From Candidatus Poseidoniales archaeon (lineage in GTDB: Archaea; Thermoplasmatota; Poseidoniia; Poseidoniales; Thalassarchaeaceae), in contig DUAE01000055.1 of NCBI GenBank assembly GCA_012960975.1, positions 107,828-171,827 on the forward strand: DNA of 64,000 nt, written 5' to 3'. This document shows, piece after piece, positions 20,116 through 29,458 of this stretch (within the stretch, counting starts at the first letter, position 1; each line of letters begins with the position of its first letter). Position numbers and translations under genes: made by a program. Under the pieces are notes generated by a model. The model searched no databases. It was not told where the DNA came from and was given only the letters and a program-made list of their open reading frames with translations.

Positions 20116-21494
20116 AGTGCATCTTCCGCTAAAAATTCGTCTAGCCTATCTTCCCAAGTTACTCTCTTTTCGGCTAAATCTTCTAGCCAAGTCGTAGCAC
20201 TATCAATGCACAATTGCTTGATTTCTCCAGCTAGCATTCTTCCAGATTGATACTCACGGCCAATTGAAGCTAATTCATCATCATCAGATTCAAAGAAGTA
20301 TTGTAAGTATTGAAATGCAACATCCTTCGTTAAGTTTCCACCTAGTCTACGGTGTTCTTCTATTGTAGCTTGGCCACCAGAAAATGCACGCTTGACTTTT
20401 TTAGACATTACATCAATCGAATCATCAAGGAAAATTGTCGTTTCTGGTTTAGAAGAGGACATTTTGTCCCCCGTCATCCCTACAACAAAACGATGGTAGG
20501 TGGAGGATGGAGGCATCAATCCAATTCCTCCCATTTTTCGTTCTAAAGATAGAAGAGTAAAACGAATTCTAGAACGGTCGGTTAAGGTGGCACCGGGTAA
20601 ATCCAAAGTTCCATGTTTAGGATTTACTAAAATATCAGCAAATCCTAATTTTGCTAAATACGCTTGAATTTTGTCGAAAATTCCAGCACGGGCTTTTCGA
20701 TCCACTCTACCTTTGGAATCGATGCCGAATGCTTGATAATTTTCATCTTGAACAGATAAGGCAACTGTCAAACCACCGTTTTTTCTAACATTCACATTGA
20801 ACCAATTCGATTTGCTAGCTAATCCTCTTGTTAACCTTAAATGAGGATCTTGATCAATGCCTACTGGAACAACGATTGGCCTTAAGCCACCATATTCATC
20901 CAACATTGGATGAAGAATATCTCCAGCTTGAATTAGAGGAGCTTGGACATGTGCCAAATTCGTTTCTCCTCTAAATCCATAGATTGCCTCGAACTCGGAT
21001 AAGTTAGTTTTTTTACCTAAGGTAAATGCTAATCGTTGTACTGCAGACCGTGTACTTTGGAAATACACATTTGTATTATCCGGGTCAAGTCCCATCGCAG
21101 CATAGTTGATTATGTACTCATTTAATGCATTTTTTCGACCCTCTTCAAGTGAGATTCCTCTTGTCGCCAGAGATTCCAAATCGGCAACAGTGACAGTGAC
21201 GTCACCGCCCTGTTCTTGGAACCATTTAACTTGCTCAATTACCATACTGTGACCGAGATGCATTTTTCCACTCGGCATTAATCCAGTCAACACACCGAAG
21301 GGATTAGCTCTCTCAATCGAATTGAGAATATTACCAAAATCACGATGAGCGAAAATAATTCCTCTTCGATGAAGTTGATTTGGATTTGGAATTTTTGACA
21401 AATCAATTGGTTCTAATCCAAATTGATCAATCAATTTTTTGTAGTCTGTTGACTGTTCTGACGACCAAGGGTCAATACGAGAGTCTGTTGCCAC
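20112..21494 (-). CDS. trpS: Tryptophan--tRNA ligase (archaeal/eukaryotic type) with an internal insertion
   Basis: N-terminal IDPWSS..DYKKLIDQFG; HIGH-type motif PSGKMHLGH; IDQDPHLRL; KMSSSKPETTIFLDD; FSGGQATIEEHRRLGGN..DVAFQYLQYFFESDDD. All are colinear with archaeal TrpRS as I remember it. Confidence 0.75.
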   Translation of the reverse strand: MATDSRIDPWSSEQSTDYKKLIDQFGLEPIDLSKIPNPNQLHRRGIIFAHRDFGNILNSIERANPFGVLTGLMPSGKMHLGHSMVIEQVKWFQEQGGDVTVTVADLESLATRGISLEEGRKNALNEYIINYAAMGLDPDNTNVYFQSTRSAVQRLAFTLGKKTNLSEFEAIYGFRGETNLAHVQAPLIQAGDILHPMLDEYGGLRPIVVPVGIDQDPHLRLTRGLASKSNWFNVNVRKNGGLTVALSVQDENYQAFGIDSKGRVDRKARAGIFDKIQAYLAKLGFADILVNPKHGTLDLPGATLTDRSRIRFTLLSLERKMGGIGLMPPSSTYHRFVVGMTGDKMSSSKPETTIFLDDSIDVMSKKVKRAFSGGQATIEEHRRLGGNLTKDVAFQYLQYFFESDDDELASIGREYQSGRMLAGEIKQLCIDSATTWLEDLAEKRVTWEDRLDEFLAEDAL

Positions 21495-21593
21495 GGCGTT
21501 TCGTCTGCATTATCCTCAATGAAGGCTGTGGATAAAAAGTATGGGAAAAGCCCGAACCGTTACTGACAATACCTCAACCGATAACCGAAGGGC

Positions 21594-22655
21594 ATGGCTA
21601 ACGTACATTGTCTCGGATGTGGATTGGTCGGTACATTCGTAGTAAACAGATTAGCCAACCTTGGACATGTTATTCATGTCCACGAAATTACCGAGCCACC
21701 GAGGCTTGACAGTTGTGAATCAATTCATGTACATCTAGGAGATGCGATAGAACATTCTAAACATTTGAAAGAATTTGGTGATGTTGATTTTGTAGTGAAT
21801 ATGTTGCCTGGAGATTTAGGACACCAAGCAACAATAAATTTAGTTGATGGAGGTTATCGAATCATAGACTTGAGCTTTAGCGAAATCACACCAGATAAAC
21901 TTCATGAAATAGCAAAAGAAACAGGTGCGCGACTCCTATGGGATGTTGGAATAGCTCCGGGACTTTCAAACATGTTAATCGCATATGCTGCAAGAAAAGG
22001 CGAAGGAATCGTCAGAGCAGAGGTTAGGGTCGGAGGTAATCCTAGCGAACCTGATTCAGAATGGAGTTACATGGCGCCATTTTCACCAAGTGATGTGATT
22101 GCTGAATATACTCGCCCTGCCAGAATAATTCGCGACCGTATGGAAAGTATACTTCCCGCTTTGAGTGAACGGCATCGAATCAATGTGGAAGGAAAAGGAG
22201 AGATGGAAGCCTTTCTGACCGATGGGTTGCGCAGCCTTCTCGATACAATACCAGCACAAGACATGGCTGAATATACCGTTAGATGGCCAGGTCATATTCA
22301 GAGATACATCGATGAAAAGAAAAGCGGGAGATTGGAACCTCAATCACTTATCCTTGACTGGAAATTTGATCCAAACCGTCCAGAATTCACTTGGATGGAA
22401 GTCAAAGTCGATTGTGAAAATGGAGAGTATTTTCATTGGATAATCGAAGATCATGGTGGATCTGATGGGTCATCAATGGCTAGAACCACAGGCTTAGTAA
22501 CCTCCTCTTGTGTTACTGAGTGGGCAAACAGTGAAAATATCATTGAAGAAGGATCATATCCACCTGAAATTCTAAGTGATACTGTAATTTATTCAATCAT
22601 CCAAACAATGAAAGATTCAGGAGTTGAAATAAGAGGACCAGATATTCAACTCTGA
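21594..22655 (+). CDS. Saccharopine dehydrogenase-family NAD(P) oxidoreductase
   Basis: N-terminal Rossmann motif VHCLGCGLVGTFVV and the family-typical GIAPGLSNML motif. Substrate cannot be assigned. Confidence 0.55.
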   Translation: MANVHCLGCGLVGTFVVNRLANLGHVIHVHEITEPPRLDSCESIHVHLGDAIEHSKHLKEFGDVDFVVNMLPGDLGHQATINLVDGGYRIIDLSFSEITPDKLHEIAKETGARLLWDVGIAPGLSNMLIAYAARKGEGIVRAEVRVGGNPSEPDSEWSYMAPFSPSDVIAEYTRPARIIRDRMESILPALSERHRINVEGKGEMEAFLTDGLRSLLDTIPAQDMAEYTVRWPGHIQRYIDEKKSGRLEPQSLILDWKFDPNRPEFTWMEVKVDCENGEYFHWIIEDHGGSDGSSMARTTGLVTSSCVTEWANSENIIEEGSYPPEILSDTVIYSIIQTMKDSGVEIRGPDIQL

Positions 22656-23845
22656 TTAATATTCTGAGAATCTTGGTCGCGTTGAACCAATTTTTTGATA
22701 ATTACTGGAGTTGCAATCAGAACACTTACTGCGATAATTGGCAGAATCCAATTCATTTTTAACGCAGCCGGCCTTTCTATTAACCATGTGAAACGAAGTT
22801 GGGAATCGTAAAAATCTGAGCTCCATTGGTGTAAATCTGTAACATGATGACCGACGATTGTTACCGAATGATGTAGACCGTTAAATGTCAATTGTGGAGT
22901 GATTGATAATTGAGGTGCTGGATCTATGAATTCCAAAATGATTTCTTGACCTGGACTAAGGGTTAGGTAAGCCCCACCATCGGCATATCTGTAACCATTT
23001 TTCAAAATTTTATCATCGGCTTCAAGATTGCCCGAATCAAGCCAAGAGAAAGGATCAGCCCCATTCCATTCAATAAATACAGTACCAGGAACTTGCCAAC
23101 CATTTGTGCTTGAATAGTTATTTGTGATGTGAATTCTAGAATACCCGTCAGTGGTATTTTCATCTGTCAATTCTTCAATATAAGAATATATATTTTCACC
23201 TGAATATTTGTGATTATACCATTCCCCCCACGTAGTATACCAGACATCTTGAGAAACCAATAGTGCAATTGCTTCTTTGTCTTCACGGATTTTAACATCA
23301 TGCCATTTTGCTATCCAATAAACACTCAACAATTCATCTTTGGTAGCATTGGTCAGAAATTCCATTTCAACTTGATTTTTCTCCAAAGTTGTCGTACGTG
23401 AAAATACATGAAGATCTTTTCTTTCAAGTTCGGCTAAATCTCCAATGATTGAAAAATTATTTTCTATTAATGTGGAAAAAACCGCTTCATTTTCTGTCCC
23501 ATATGGTAAACCAAAGGAAATGGGGATAGAACCCCATCGTGAAGCATTCGTGAAACCCATCAAATAATCTCTACATGCTTCGATAATCCATTGTTCTATG
23601 TTGATATCTACCCCCTCGTATCCATGACAACCAAATTCATCACCTAGCGCCAAACGTTCCGGACCAATAATATTCCAAAGCCAATTATCTTCATCCCATT
23701 CTGCAGTAGCAATAGGTGCAAGAGTCGGAATTAAAAATATCACTAGAAGGATTACACCCACTCTCCTCTCAGCCACATACAATGGTTGGATAATGAATTG
23801 ATGAACCCTCCCCTTAGTCGGGAAACTATCAAGTCTAAAACTCAT
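22646..23845 (-). CDS. Membrane-anchored extracytoplasmic protein (hypothetical)
   Basis: N-terminal TM/signal (VGVILLVIFLIPTLAPIATA), a Trp/Tyr-rich hydrophilic body and a C-terminal TM (WILPIIAVSVLIATPVII). No motif recognised. Confidence 0.5.
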   Translation of the reverse strand: MSFRLDSFPTKGRVHQFIIQPLYVAERRVGVILLVIFLIPTLAPIATAEWDEDNWLWNIIGPERLALGDEFGCHGYEGVDINIEQWIIEACRDYLMGFTNASRWGSIPISFGLPYGTENEAVFSTLIENNFSIIGDLAELERKDLHVFSRTTTLEKNQVEMEFLTNATKDELLSVYWIAKWHDVKIREDKEAIALLVSQDVWYTTWGEWYNHKYSGENIYSYIEELTDENTTDGYSRIHITNNYSSTNGWQVPGTVFIEWNGADPFSWLDSGNLEADDKILKNGYRYADGGAYLTLSPGQEIILEFIDPAPQLSITPQLTFNGLHHSVTIVGHHVTDLHQWSSDFYDSQLRFTWLIERPAALKMNWILPIIAVSVLIATPVIIKKLVQRDQDSQNINQS

Positions 23846-23944
23846 CAGGACAAACTCGTGAATGGCTTATCTGAGGCGAGTTTGAATTCAATTTCATCAA
23901 GAGTTCAATTGCACGGCACGGGTGATAATTTCCGGACACCGTTC

Positions 23945-24634
23945 ATGTATCGTTTTCTTCTTTTTATTCTGCCACCAATTTTCCGAACATTTACGAATAT
24001 CAGATTTGTTGGTTTGGAAAACATCCCAACGGATGGTGCAGCAATATTTATTGGAAATCATACATCACACATCGACCCGTTTGTCAAAATTATGGCAGGT
24101 ATGAGACCTATGCATTATTTGGCCAAAGAAGAACACTTTGAGAAACAGAATACAAGAATATTGATGGAAAGTACTGGACAAATTGAAACATTAAGAAAAC
24201 AAGGTGGGACTGAAGCGCTATCAAGGGCTGTTGATGTATTATCCGCAGATATTCCAATGGCAATTTTTCCCGAAGGCACACGCTCGCGACGAAAACAGGC
24301 ACCGTTTCTTGCTAGAGGCAAAACCGGTGCAGCACGGTTAGCAGCGAAATTTCCAAACATACCTGTTGTCCCCATGGCTATTATAGGAGCAAGAAATTTT
24401 ATGTCACCAGGAGATAAAATATTCAATCCTTTGAAGAAGGTAACAGTTAATGTAGGTCAACCAATTTCTTTTGGTGATTGGATCAGTCACTCAGAAGGTG
24501 GTTCTCTTGATGATGAAGATATACGGAACATATTGGAATTAGATGACCATGGCCAACGATCGATTATGAAGAGTTTATACCGAGAGTTCACAGATCAAAT
24601 CATAGAGAGTTTGAGAAGATTAGGTGCACCTTGA
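23945..24634 (+). CDS. plsC: 1-acyl-sn-glycerol-3-phosphate acyltransferase-like (bacterial PlsC family)
   Basis: Acyltransferase motif I FIGNHTSHIDP (NHxxxxD) and motif III IFPEGTRS. Start uncertain: the ORF opens at 23786 (TTG) but then overlaps the divergent gene. GTG 23858 or ATG 23945 avoid the overlap. Confidence 0.7.
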   Translation: MYRFLLFILPPIFRTFTNIRFVGLENIPTDGAAIFIGNHTSHIDPFVKIMAGMRPMHYLAKEEHFEKQNTRILMESTGQIETLRKQGGTEALSRAVDVLSADIPMAIFPEGTRSRRKQAPFLARGKTGAARLAAKFPNIPVVPMAIIGARNFMSPGDKIFNPLKKVTVNVGQPISFGDWISHSEGGSLDDEDIRNILELDDHGQRSIMKSLYREFTDQIIESLRRLGAP

Positions 24635-24690
24635 GTGATATCTCGAGAGCATTGTTGAAAGACTCCCGCTGATGAGCGATTGTAGATAAC

Positions 24691-25485
24691 ATGGAAGAGT
24701 ACCTCAATTTCTTACGCCATATTCTTAAAAATGGTGAAGATAAAGGTGACAGAACCGGAACCGGAACTACCTCTTTATTTGGTTATCAAATGCGTTTTAA
24801 TTTTGAGGAAGGGTTTCCTGCAATAACAACAAAAAAAATACATTGGCCTAGTGTTATCCATGAATTATTATGGTTTATCTCCGGTGAAACAAATATCGAA
24901 TACCTGCAACAAAATAATATCAGAATATGGAATGAATGGGCTGATGAAAATGGAGATTTAGGGCCAGTATATGGCAAACAATGGAGGAATTGGGAGGGAG
25001 AAGATGGAAAAATAATCGATCAGCTTGAAAATGCCATTGAATTAATCAAAACAAATCCAAATTCAAGGAGAATTATCATTTCAGCATGGAATGTTGGAGA
25101 ATTAGATAAAATGGCATTGATGCCTTGCCATGCTTTTTTCCAATTCTATGTAAATAATGGAAAATTATCATGTCAATTATACCAAAGAAGCGCAGATGCT
25201 TTTCTCGGTGTACCATTCAATATCTCGTCATACAGTTTGTTATTGCTGATGATTGCTCAATTATGTGATTTAGAACCTGGCGAATTTATCTGGACTGGGG
25301 GAGATTGCCATCTATACAGCAACCACCTCGAACAAACTAGACTTCAAATTGAGCGAATACCACTAGAACTGCCAATTGTCAAATTGAATTCAGAAATTAA
25401 ATCTATTGATGATTTTACAGCAGAAGATATTGAAATTATTGATTATGAACATCACCCACACATCAAAGCACCAATTTCCATATGA
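24691..25485 (+). CDS. thyA: Thymidylate synthase (ThyA type)
   Basis: 264 aa. [20 protein letters not shown] (catalytic Cys), [15 protein letters not shown]. Confidence 0.95.
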   Translation: MEEYLNFLRHILKNGEDKGDRTGTGTTSLFGYQMRFNFEEGFPAITTKKIHWPSVIHELLWFISGETNIEYLQQNNIRIWNEWADENGDLGPVYGKQWRNWEGEDGKIIDQLENAIELIKTNPNSRRIIISAWNVGELDKMALMPCHAFFQFYVNNGKLSCQLYQRSADAFLGVPFNISSYSLLLLMIAQLCDLEPGEFIWTGGDCHLYSNHLEQTRLQIERIPLELPIVKLNSEIKSIDDFTAEDIEIIDYEHHPHIKAPISI

Positions 25486-25494
25486 GGAATCAAA

Positions 25495-26004
25495 ATGAAA
25501 ATTTCCATGATTGTTGCGATGGATGAACAAGGATATATTGGTCGCGGAAATGATTTACCATGGAAAATATATTCAGACATGACTCGATTCAAACAATTAA
25601 CCGTAGGTGATGGTTCGAATGCAGTCATAATGGGAAGAAGAACTTGGGAATCATTACCAAATTCCTTCAGGCCACTTCCCGATAGAACTAACATCGTAAT
25701 GTCGAGATCTACAAATTGGTCAGATGATGGAACAGAAAATGCGCTATATCCAGGGCGGGCAATCGAAATTGCATACGCCCAAGGCTGTGATGAATGCTGG
25801 GTTATCGGTGGAGCACAAATCTATGCAATGTTTCTTGAATTAATTGATGAAATTCATGTTACAACCGTACACACATCAGACAGTGGAGATGTACTATTCC
25901 CTGATTGGGATCGTTCTAATTGGTATGAAGAAATTATCGAGAAAGTCGATTCTGACGAACGAAATGAATTTGAAACTACTTATTCAATATGGAAAAAAAA
26001 GTAA
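25495..26004 (+). CDS. folA: Dihydrofolate reductase
   Basis: MIVAMDEQGYIGRGNDLPW, VIMGRRTWESLP, VIGGAQIY. Lies immediately downstream of thyA with an SD-like GAGGAA. Confidence 0.9.
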   Translation: MKISMIVAMDEQGYIGRGNDLPWKIYSDMTRFKQLTVGDGSNAVIMGRRTWESLPNSFRPLPDRTNIVMSRSTNWSDDGTENALYPGRAIEIAYAQGCDECWVIGGAQIYAMFLELIDEIHVTTVHTSDSGDVLFPDWDRSNWYEEIIEKVDSDERNEFETTYSIWKKK

Positions 26005-26006
26005 TT

Positions 26007-26396
26007 TTATTCTCCGGAATATTCTGTAACACGAATGCCTAAGTTTCCTCTCCGGGATTTACGTTGCATTATTATAGCCATTTTCTTGTGAAATTCAGAT
26101 TCAAGGTCAATTTTCATTGCAAGTGAATGGCCGAGAATCAATATTAGTAAATCAGCGAGTTCCTCTGCTGCTTCTTCATCCGGTTTGCCTTTGGTTATTG
26201 CAGCAGCAAATTCCCCTAATTCCTCGACTGTCAAGGCGATTCGATATCCCATATTGTGACCGTTGTTTTCGCTACTTTCAAAATCATGCTTGTCATGGAA
26301 TTCAGCTACCTTTCTCATCATCGAATTCCATGACCCTTTTCTGTAATAATTTTCTTCAAGATTCATCCATTCATCTACACTCAATAGTTGTGCCAT
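26007..26396 (-). CDS. MazG-like nucleotide pyrophosphohydrolase
   Basis: EELGEFAAAI ... EELADLLILILGH is the paired EExxE/ExxD helix signature of the all-alpha NTP pyrophosphatase (MazG) family. Confidence 0.6.
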   Translation of the reverse strand: MAQLLSVDEWMNLEENYYRKGSWNSMMRKVAEFHDKHDFESSENNGHNMGYRIALTVEELGEFAAAITKGKPDEEAAEELADLLILILGHSLAMKIDLESEFHKKMAIIMQRKSRRGNLGIRVTEYSGE

Positions 26397-26421
26397 AAAT
26401 GGCCGGAGTATTACTTACGCT

Positions 26422-26745
26422 TCAACGTAAGCGCTGGTATGAGTTGGAATCAAAACCACTGCTCGGCAATATCAGAATTAATCCAGCGAGACTAGAAATC
26501 ATGAATCCGGATAAAGTGATGAGGAAAATTAGTAGATTGAACTCTTTCGCTGAAAGTAATTCTTCACATAATTCTGGATCAATAGAACCTGTCGTTTGCA
26601 TCATCATTCTAGTTTGAACATCACAGTTTTGTTTATACTCAACTTCAGATTTATCCCATTTATCAAGAACTGACATCGTCGTGGGTAATAGAATCAATGC
26701 TAAGGTTACTAAAACAAAACCGCTTTTATATCTCATAGAAATCAC
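26422..26745 (-). CDS. Small membrane/secreted protein (hypothetical)
   Basis: 107 aa with an N-terminal signal-like helix and a C-terminal TM. Its start abuts the stop of the upstream phosphorylase gene. Confidence 0.35.
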   Translation of the reverse strand: MISMRYKSGFVLVTLALILLPTTMSVLDKWDKSEVEYKQNCDVQTRMMMQTTGSIDPELCEELLSAKEFNLLIFLITLSGFMISSLAGLILILPSSGFDSNSYQRLR

Positions 26746-27501
26746 TCAATATAATTGAATAAGAGAATCTAAACATTTAGAGATTCGTGATCTCAATGTG
26801 CCTGCAATGGCATCTACGGAATGATGATCAATTGGAGCAATAGGATCACCCGGTTCTCTTCCAGCAGCCCAATTAGATGAGCAACAAAGAGCTAAGTGGG
26901 GAATACCAGTTTCACAAACAAGCCTTTGTTCGGGGCCTAAAGTCATACCGACCACATCGGCCCCAAGCTTTTCTAGAGCATCAATCTCGACAGCAGTTTC
27001 AAATTGAGGTCCAACACACTGCGCGACGATCAAATTCTTGATAACGACACCCTCTTGTGTTGAAAGAGCCTTAGTTGCTATTGAAATTGCTTTTTCATCA
27101 AAGGGGGATGTTCTGTCAAAATGTGAATCATCGTCATGAAATGACCATGGACGTATTGAAAGATCGAGAACATCTCCCGCGATTCCAATATTTCCGGGAG
27201 GTAATTCATCATTCATTGAACCAACCGAATTGATTGAAATTATCAATTTCGGATCAGTACTCGCGGCAGCATGAACATTAGCTCGATGTTCAATTTCGTG
27301 AGGAGCGGTTCTTGAGCCTTTGAGTGAGTGATGGCGATCTATAATCACTATTTCACCATGATTAGTTTTGACAAGGTTAAGTGGAACATCGCCCCATTCA
27401 GATGATGCCCTGATGTAAGTTACTACGTTTTTTCCAGATAATATGAAGTCATCTGCAAGTGAACTCATCCCGGTTCCGCATAATACCGCGATGCGCGTCA
27501 T
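26746..27501 (-). CDS. Purine nucleoside / 5'-methylthioadenosine phosphorylase (PNP family 2)
   Basis: IAVLCGTGMSS, DRHHS...PHEIEHRANV, CVGPQFETAVEIDALEKLGADVVGMTLGPE match the MTAP/PNP-2 pattern (GPxFETxAE...GMT). Confidence 0.7.
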   Translation of the reverse strand: MTRIAVLCGTGMSSLADDFILSGKNVVTYIRASSEWGDVPLNLVKTNHGEIVIIDRHHSLKGSRTAPHEIEHRANVHAAASTDPKLIISINSVGSMNDELPPGNIGIAGDVLDLSIRPWSFHDDDSHFDRTSPFDEKAISIATKALSTQEGVVIKNLIVAQCVGPQFETAVEIDALEKLGADVVGMTLGPEQRLVCETGIPHLALCCSSNWAAGREPGDPIAPIDHHSVDAIAGTLRSRISKCLDSLIQLY

Positions 27502-27549
27502 AACCGACCCTCGTTGATTTCATTCAAAGGGCTTGTCGCCACATAGAGA

Positions 27550-28473
27550 TTATTCATTTAGTCTATCGATGAGGTCTGATTTCTTTCCAGAAACCGGTTT
27601 TCCTTGAGATTTAAGCAATTCTTTGAGTTCAGTAACCTTCATCGAGGAATAGTCTATTGATTCAGATTCATCTTCAAGTTCAGGTTCTTCTTTAAGTTCA
27701 GATTCTACGGAATCATCAACGATTTCATCACTAATGTCATCGGCATCTTCGTCCGCTTCATCTACATTTTCTTCAGTGCCTGAAGCATCTCTAATCTTAG
27801 CCTCTTCTGCATCTGCAGATTCTTGAGCATGAATCTCATCCAGTGTTGGTCCATCCTCGACAAGAACACCAGATTGGAGAAGTTGAGTCCTACGAATAAT
27901 AACTGTACGAACAGGTTGAATTTTAGATACTGATTCTTCAATTGTATTTTCGATTGAGCCATCTAACACTGCTTTTTGCAATGCGAGCCAGGTCATTGAA
28001 GCACCAGTAGTTAGAATCGCATCTCTTGCTATTGTCCTCATCTCTTGCTTCTGGCTTGATTTAGCACGACCTCTAGTGATGATTAGAGGCTTGAATCGAA
28101 CATAATATCCATCTTCAGTAACAACATCTACTGTATCATCTATTTTTCCACGATCTCGGCGAACTTGTCGGCGAATATGATCCTTCAAATGCTCATGACC
28201 GACAAATTCGGTCAATGCATCACCAGATACGACATCAATAACTCGAAATTGAATTTTTACATGCATCTTAGAAAAGTCGCCGTCTAGTTCATTTTGCATA
28301 ATTTCATAACTACGGCCAATCAAAAATTCGTTATCTTCAGCGAGTGTTTCGCCAATAACTCTGAACGACCATGGATTACGAGGTGCTCTGATGGTGAACC
28401 AGCGTTTTGCCTTCCACTTATCTTTCTGTTTACGTGCCGCTACTCTTGCTGATGCTCCTTTTGCCATTTCCAA
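27550..28473 (-). CDS. rps3ae: 30S ribosomal protein S3Ae (eS1) with an acidic linker and a C-terminal SAP-like domain
   Basis: KDKWKAKRWFTIRAPRNPWSFRVIGETLAEDNEFLIGRSYEI...TEFVGHE is the S3Ae core (about 205 aa). It is followed by an Asp/Glu-rich stretch and MKVTELKELLKSQGKPVSGKKSDLIDRLNE. Confidence 0.85.
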   Translation of the reverse strand: MEMAKGASARVAARKQKDKWKAKRWFTIRAPRNPWSFRVIGETLAEDNEFLIGRSYEIMQNELDGDFSKMHVKIQFRVIDVVSGDALTEFVGHEHLKDHIRRQVRRDRGKIDDTVDVVTEDGYYVRFKPLIITRGRAKSSQKQEMRTIARDAILTTGASMTWLALQKAVLDGSIENTIEESVSKIQPVRTVIIRRTQLLQSGVLVEDGPTLDEIHAQESADAEEAKIRDASGTEENVDEADEDADDISDEIVDDSVESELKEEPELEDESESIDYSSMKVTELKELLKSQGKPVSGKKSDLIDRLNE

Positions 28474-28612
28474 CGACTCCGTATCTTTCGGGGGCTACCC
28501 CGTATGCGAGCCGAGCGAACTACATTCAGTATATGAACGAGACGATGATAATGAGGATGGAAATTCCCTTGACAGCGGCGCATTCAAGGGCAGAGTGTGT
28601 TCGCGTTTAACT

Positions 28613-29050
28613 ATGAGTTTGCATAACGCTTCTTGGAGAGTCAATGCAAGCGCCATAGATGATTTAGAATTATTAGAAACAACTATTGTCTGGTTAGCGG
28701 GAAACAATTCCGAATTTTCCATCAAAAAGGACAAATCTTGGCATGGTTCCCCTCATCACACGCTCGTCGCAACAGTAGATAAGCGTCGACCATCGATAGA
28801 ATCATTGGCGAGACTTGGCAACAATACCTTGCAAGAAATCCTCGATGGAGATATTTCTCAAAGAATTGATGAAGAAAAAACACTCCATATTCGATTGCGA
28901 CTTGATAAACTGGTAAATTCGGAAGCTGTTCTTGTTGAAAACAAATTCAAAGGTGCCTCGGTAAAAGGTAAATTCAAAATTGAATCATACCCGGGCGACA
29001 ATCCTGAAATAATAGTTACCGAATTAATCAATAAAATTGTTAATTCATAA
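28613..29050 (+). CDS. Hypothetical protein, possibly a UPF0201/DUF54-like RNA-binding protein
   Basis: The track ORF opens at 28391, but its first 74 codons overlap the divergent rps3ae start region. ATG 28613 gives 145 aa. The family resemblance is weak and from memory only. Confidence 0.3.
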   Translation: MSLHNASWRVNASAIDDLELLETTIVWLAGNNSEFSIKKDKSWHGSPHHTLVATVDKRRPSIESLARLGNNTLQEILDGDISQRIDEEKTLHIRLRLDKLVNSEAVLVENKFKGASVKGKFKIESYPGDNPEIIVTELINKIVNS

Positions 29051-29116
29051 TAATTCGGAAATATCAAAAAGCAAGATTTGATATGTAGTTGGCATAACCA
29101 TAGGATGAGGATTAAG

Positions 29117-29395
29117 ATGACCCACGTAGTTACCGATGCATGTGTGAATCATAAGTACCAAGATTGTGTCGCAGTTTGCCCTGTTGAAGCATTTAAAGAA
29201 GCCGAAAATTATCTCGTTATCGATCCAGATGAATGTATTGATTGTGCTGCTTGTATACCCGAATGTCCAGTAGGAGCGATTTATGCAGATACCGACTTAC
29301 CTGATGATCAGGAATCTTGGCTGGATAAAAATGAAAATGAAGCAATCGAACTTCCTATTGCTGAAGGTGACTCTCCGGTATTAGCAGATTTGTAG
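29117..29395 (+). CDS. Ferredoxin, 7Fe ([3Fe-4S][4Fe-4S]) type
   Basis: [26 protein letters not shown]...[24 protein letters not shown] is colinear with Azotobacter-type FdxA (Cx7CxxxCP ... CxxCxxCxxxCP). Started at the internal ATG that aligns with the family N-terminus. Confidence 0.75.
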   Translation: MTHVVTDACVNHKYQDCVAVCPVEAFKEAENYLVIDPDECIDCAACIPECPVGAIYADTDLPDDQESWLDKNENEAIELPIAEGDSPVLADL

Positions 29396-29458
29396 TATTC
29401 ATCGCACCTAAAGAATTCGCTGAACATAGGTTATTGAACTATTGAAAGTGCGGTATAC

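Noticed and set aside
24691-26004. thyA-folA pair considered as a horizontally acquired island
   Set aside because: It has ordinary compact operon structure. Its composition looks by eye like its neighbours. There are no flanking mobile-element or tRNA-integration signatures. It is consistent with the folate-type C1 metabolism reported for several archaeal lineages.
28391-28612. N-terminal 74 codons of the 219-aa track ORF
   Set aside because: This part overlaps the divergent rps3ae start and promoter region. Its composition is unlike the rest of the ORF. The internal ATG at 28613 gives a compact 145-aa protein.
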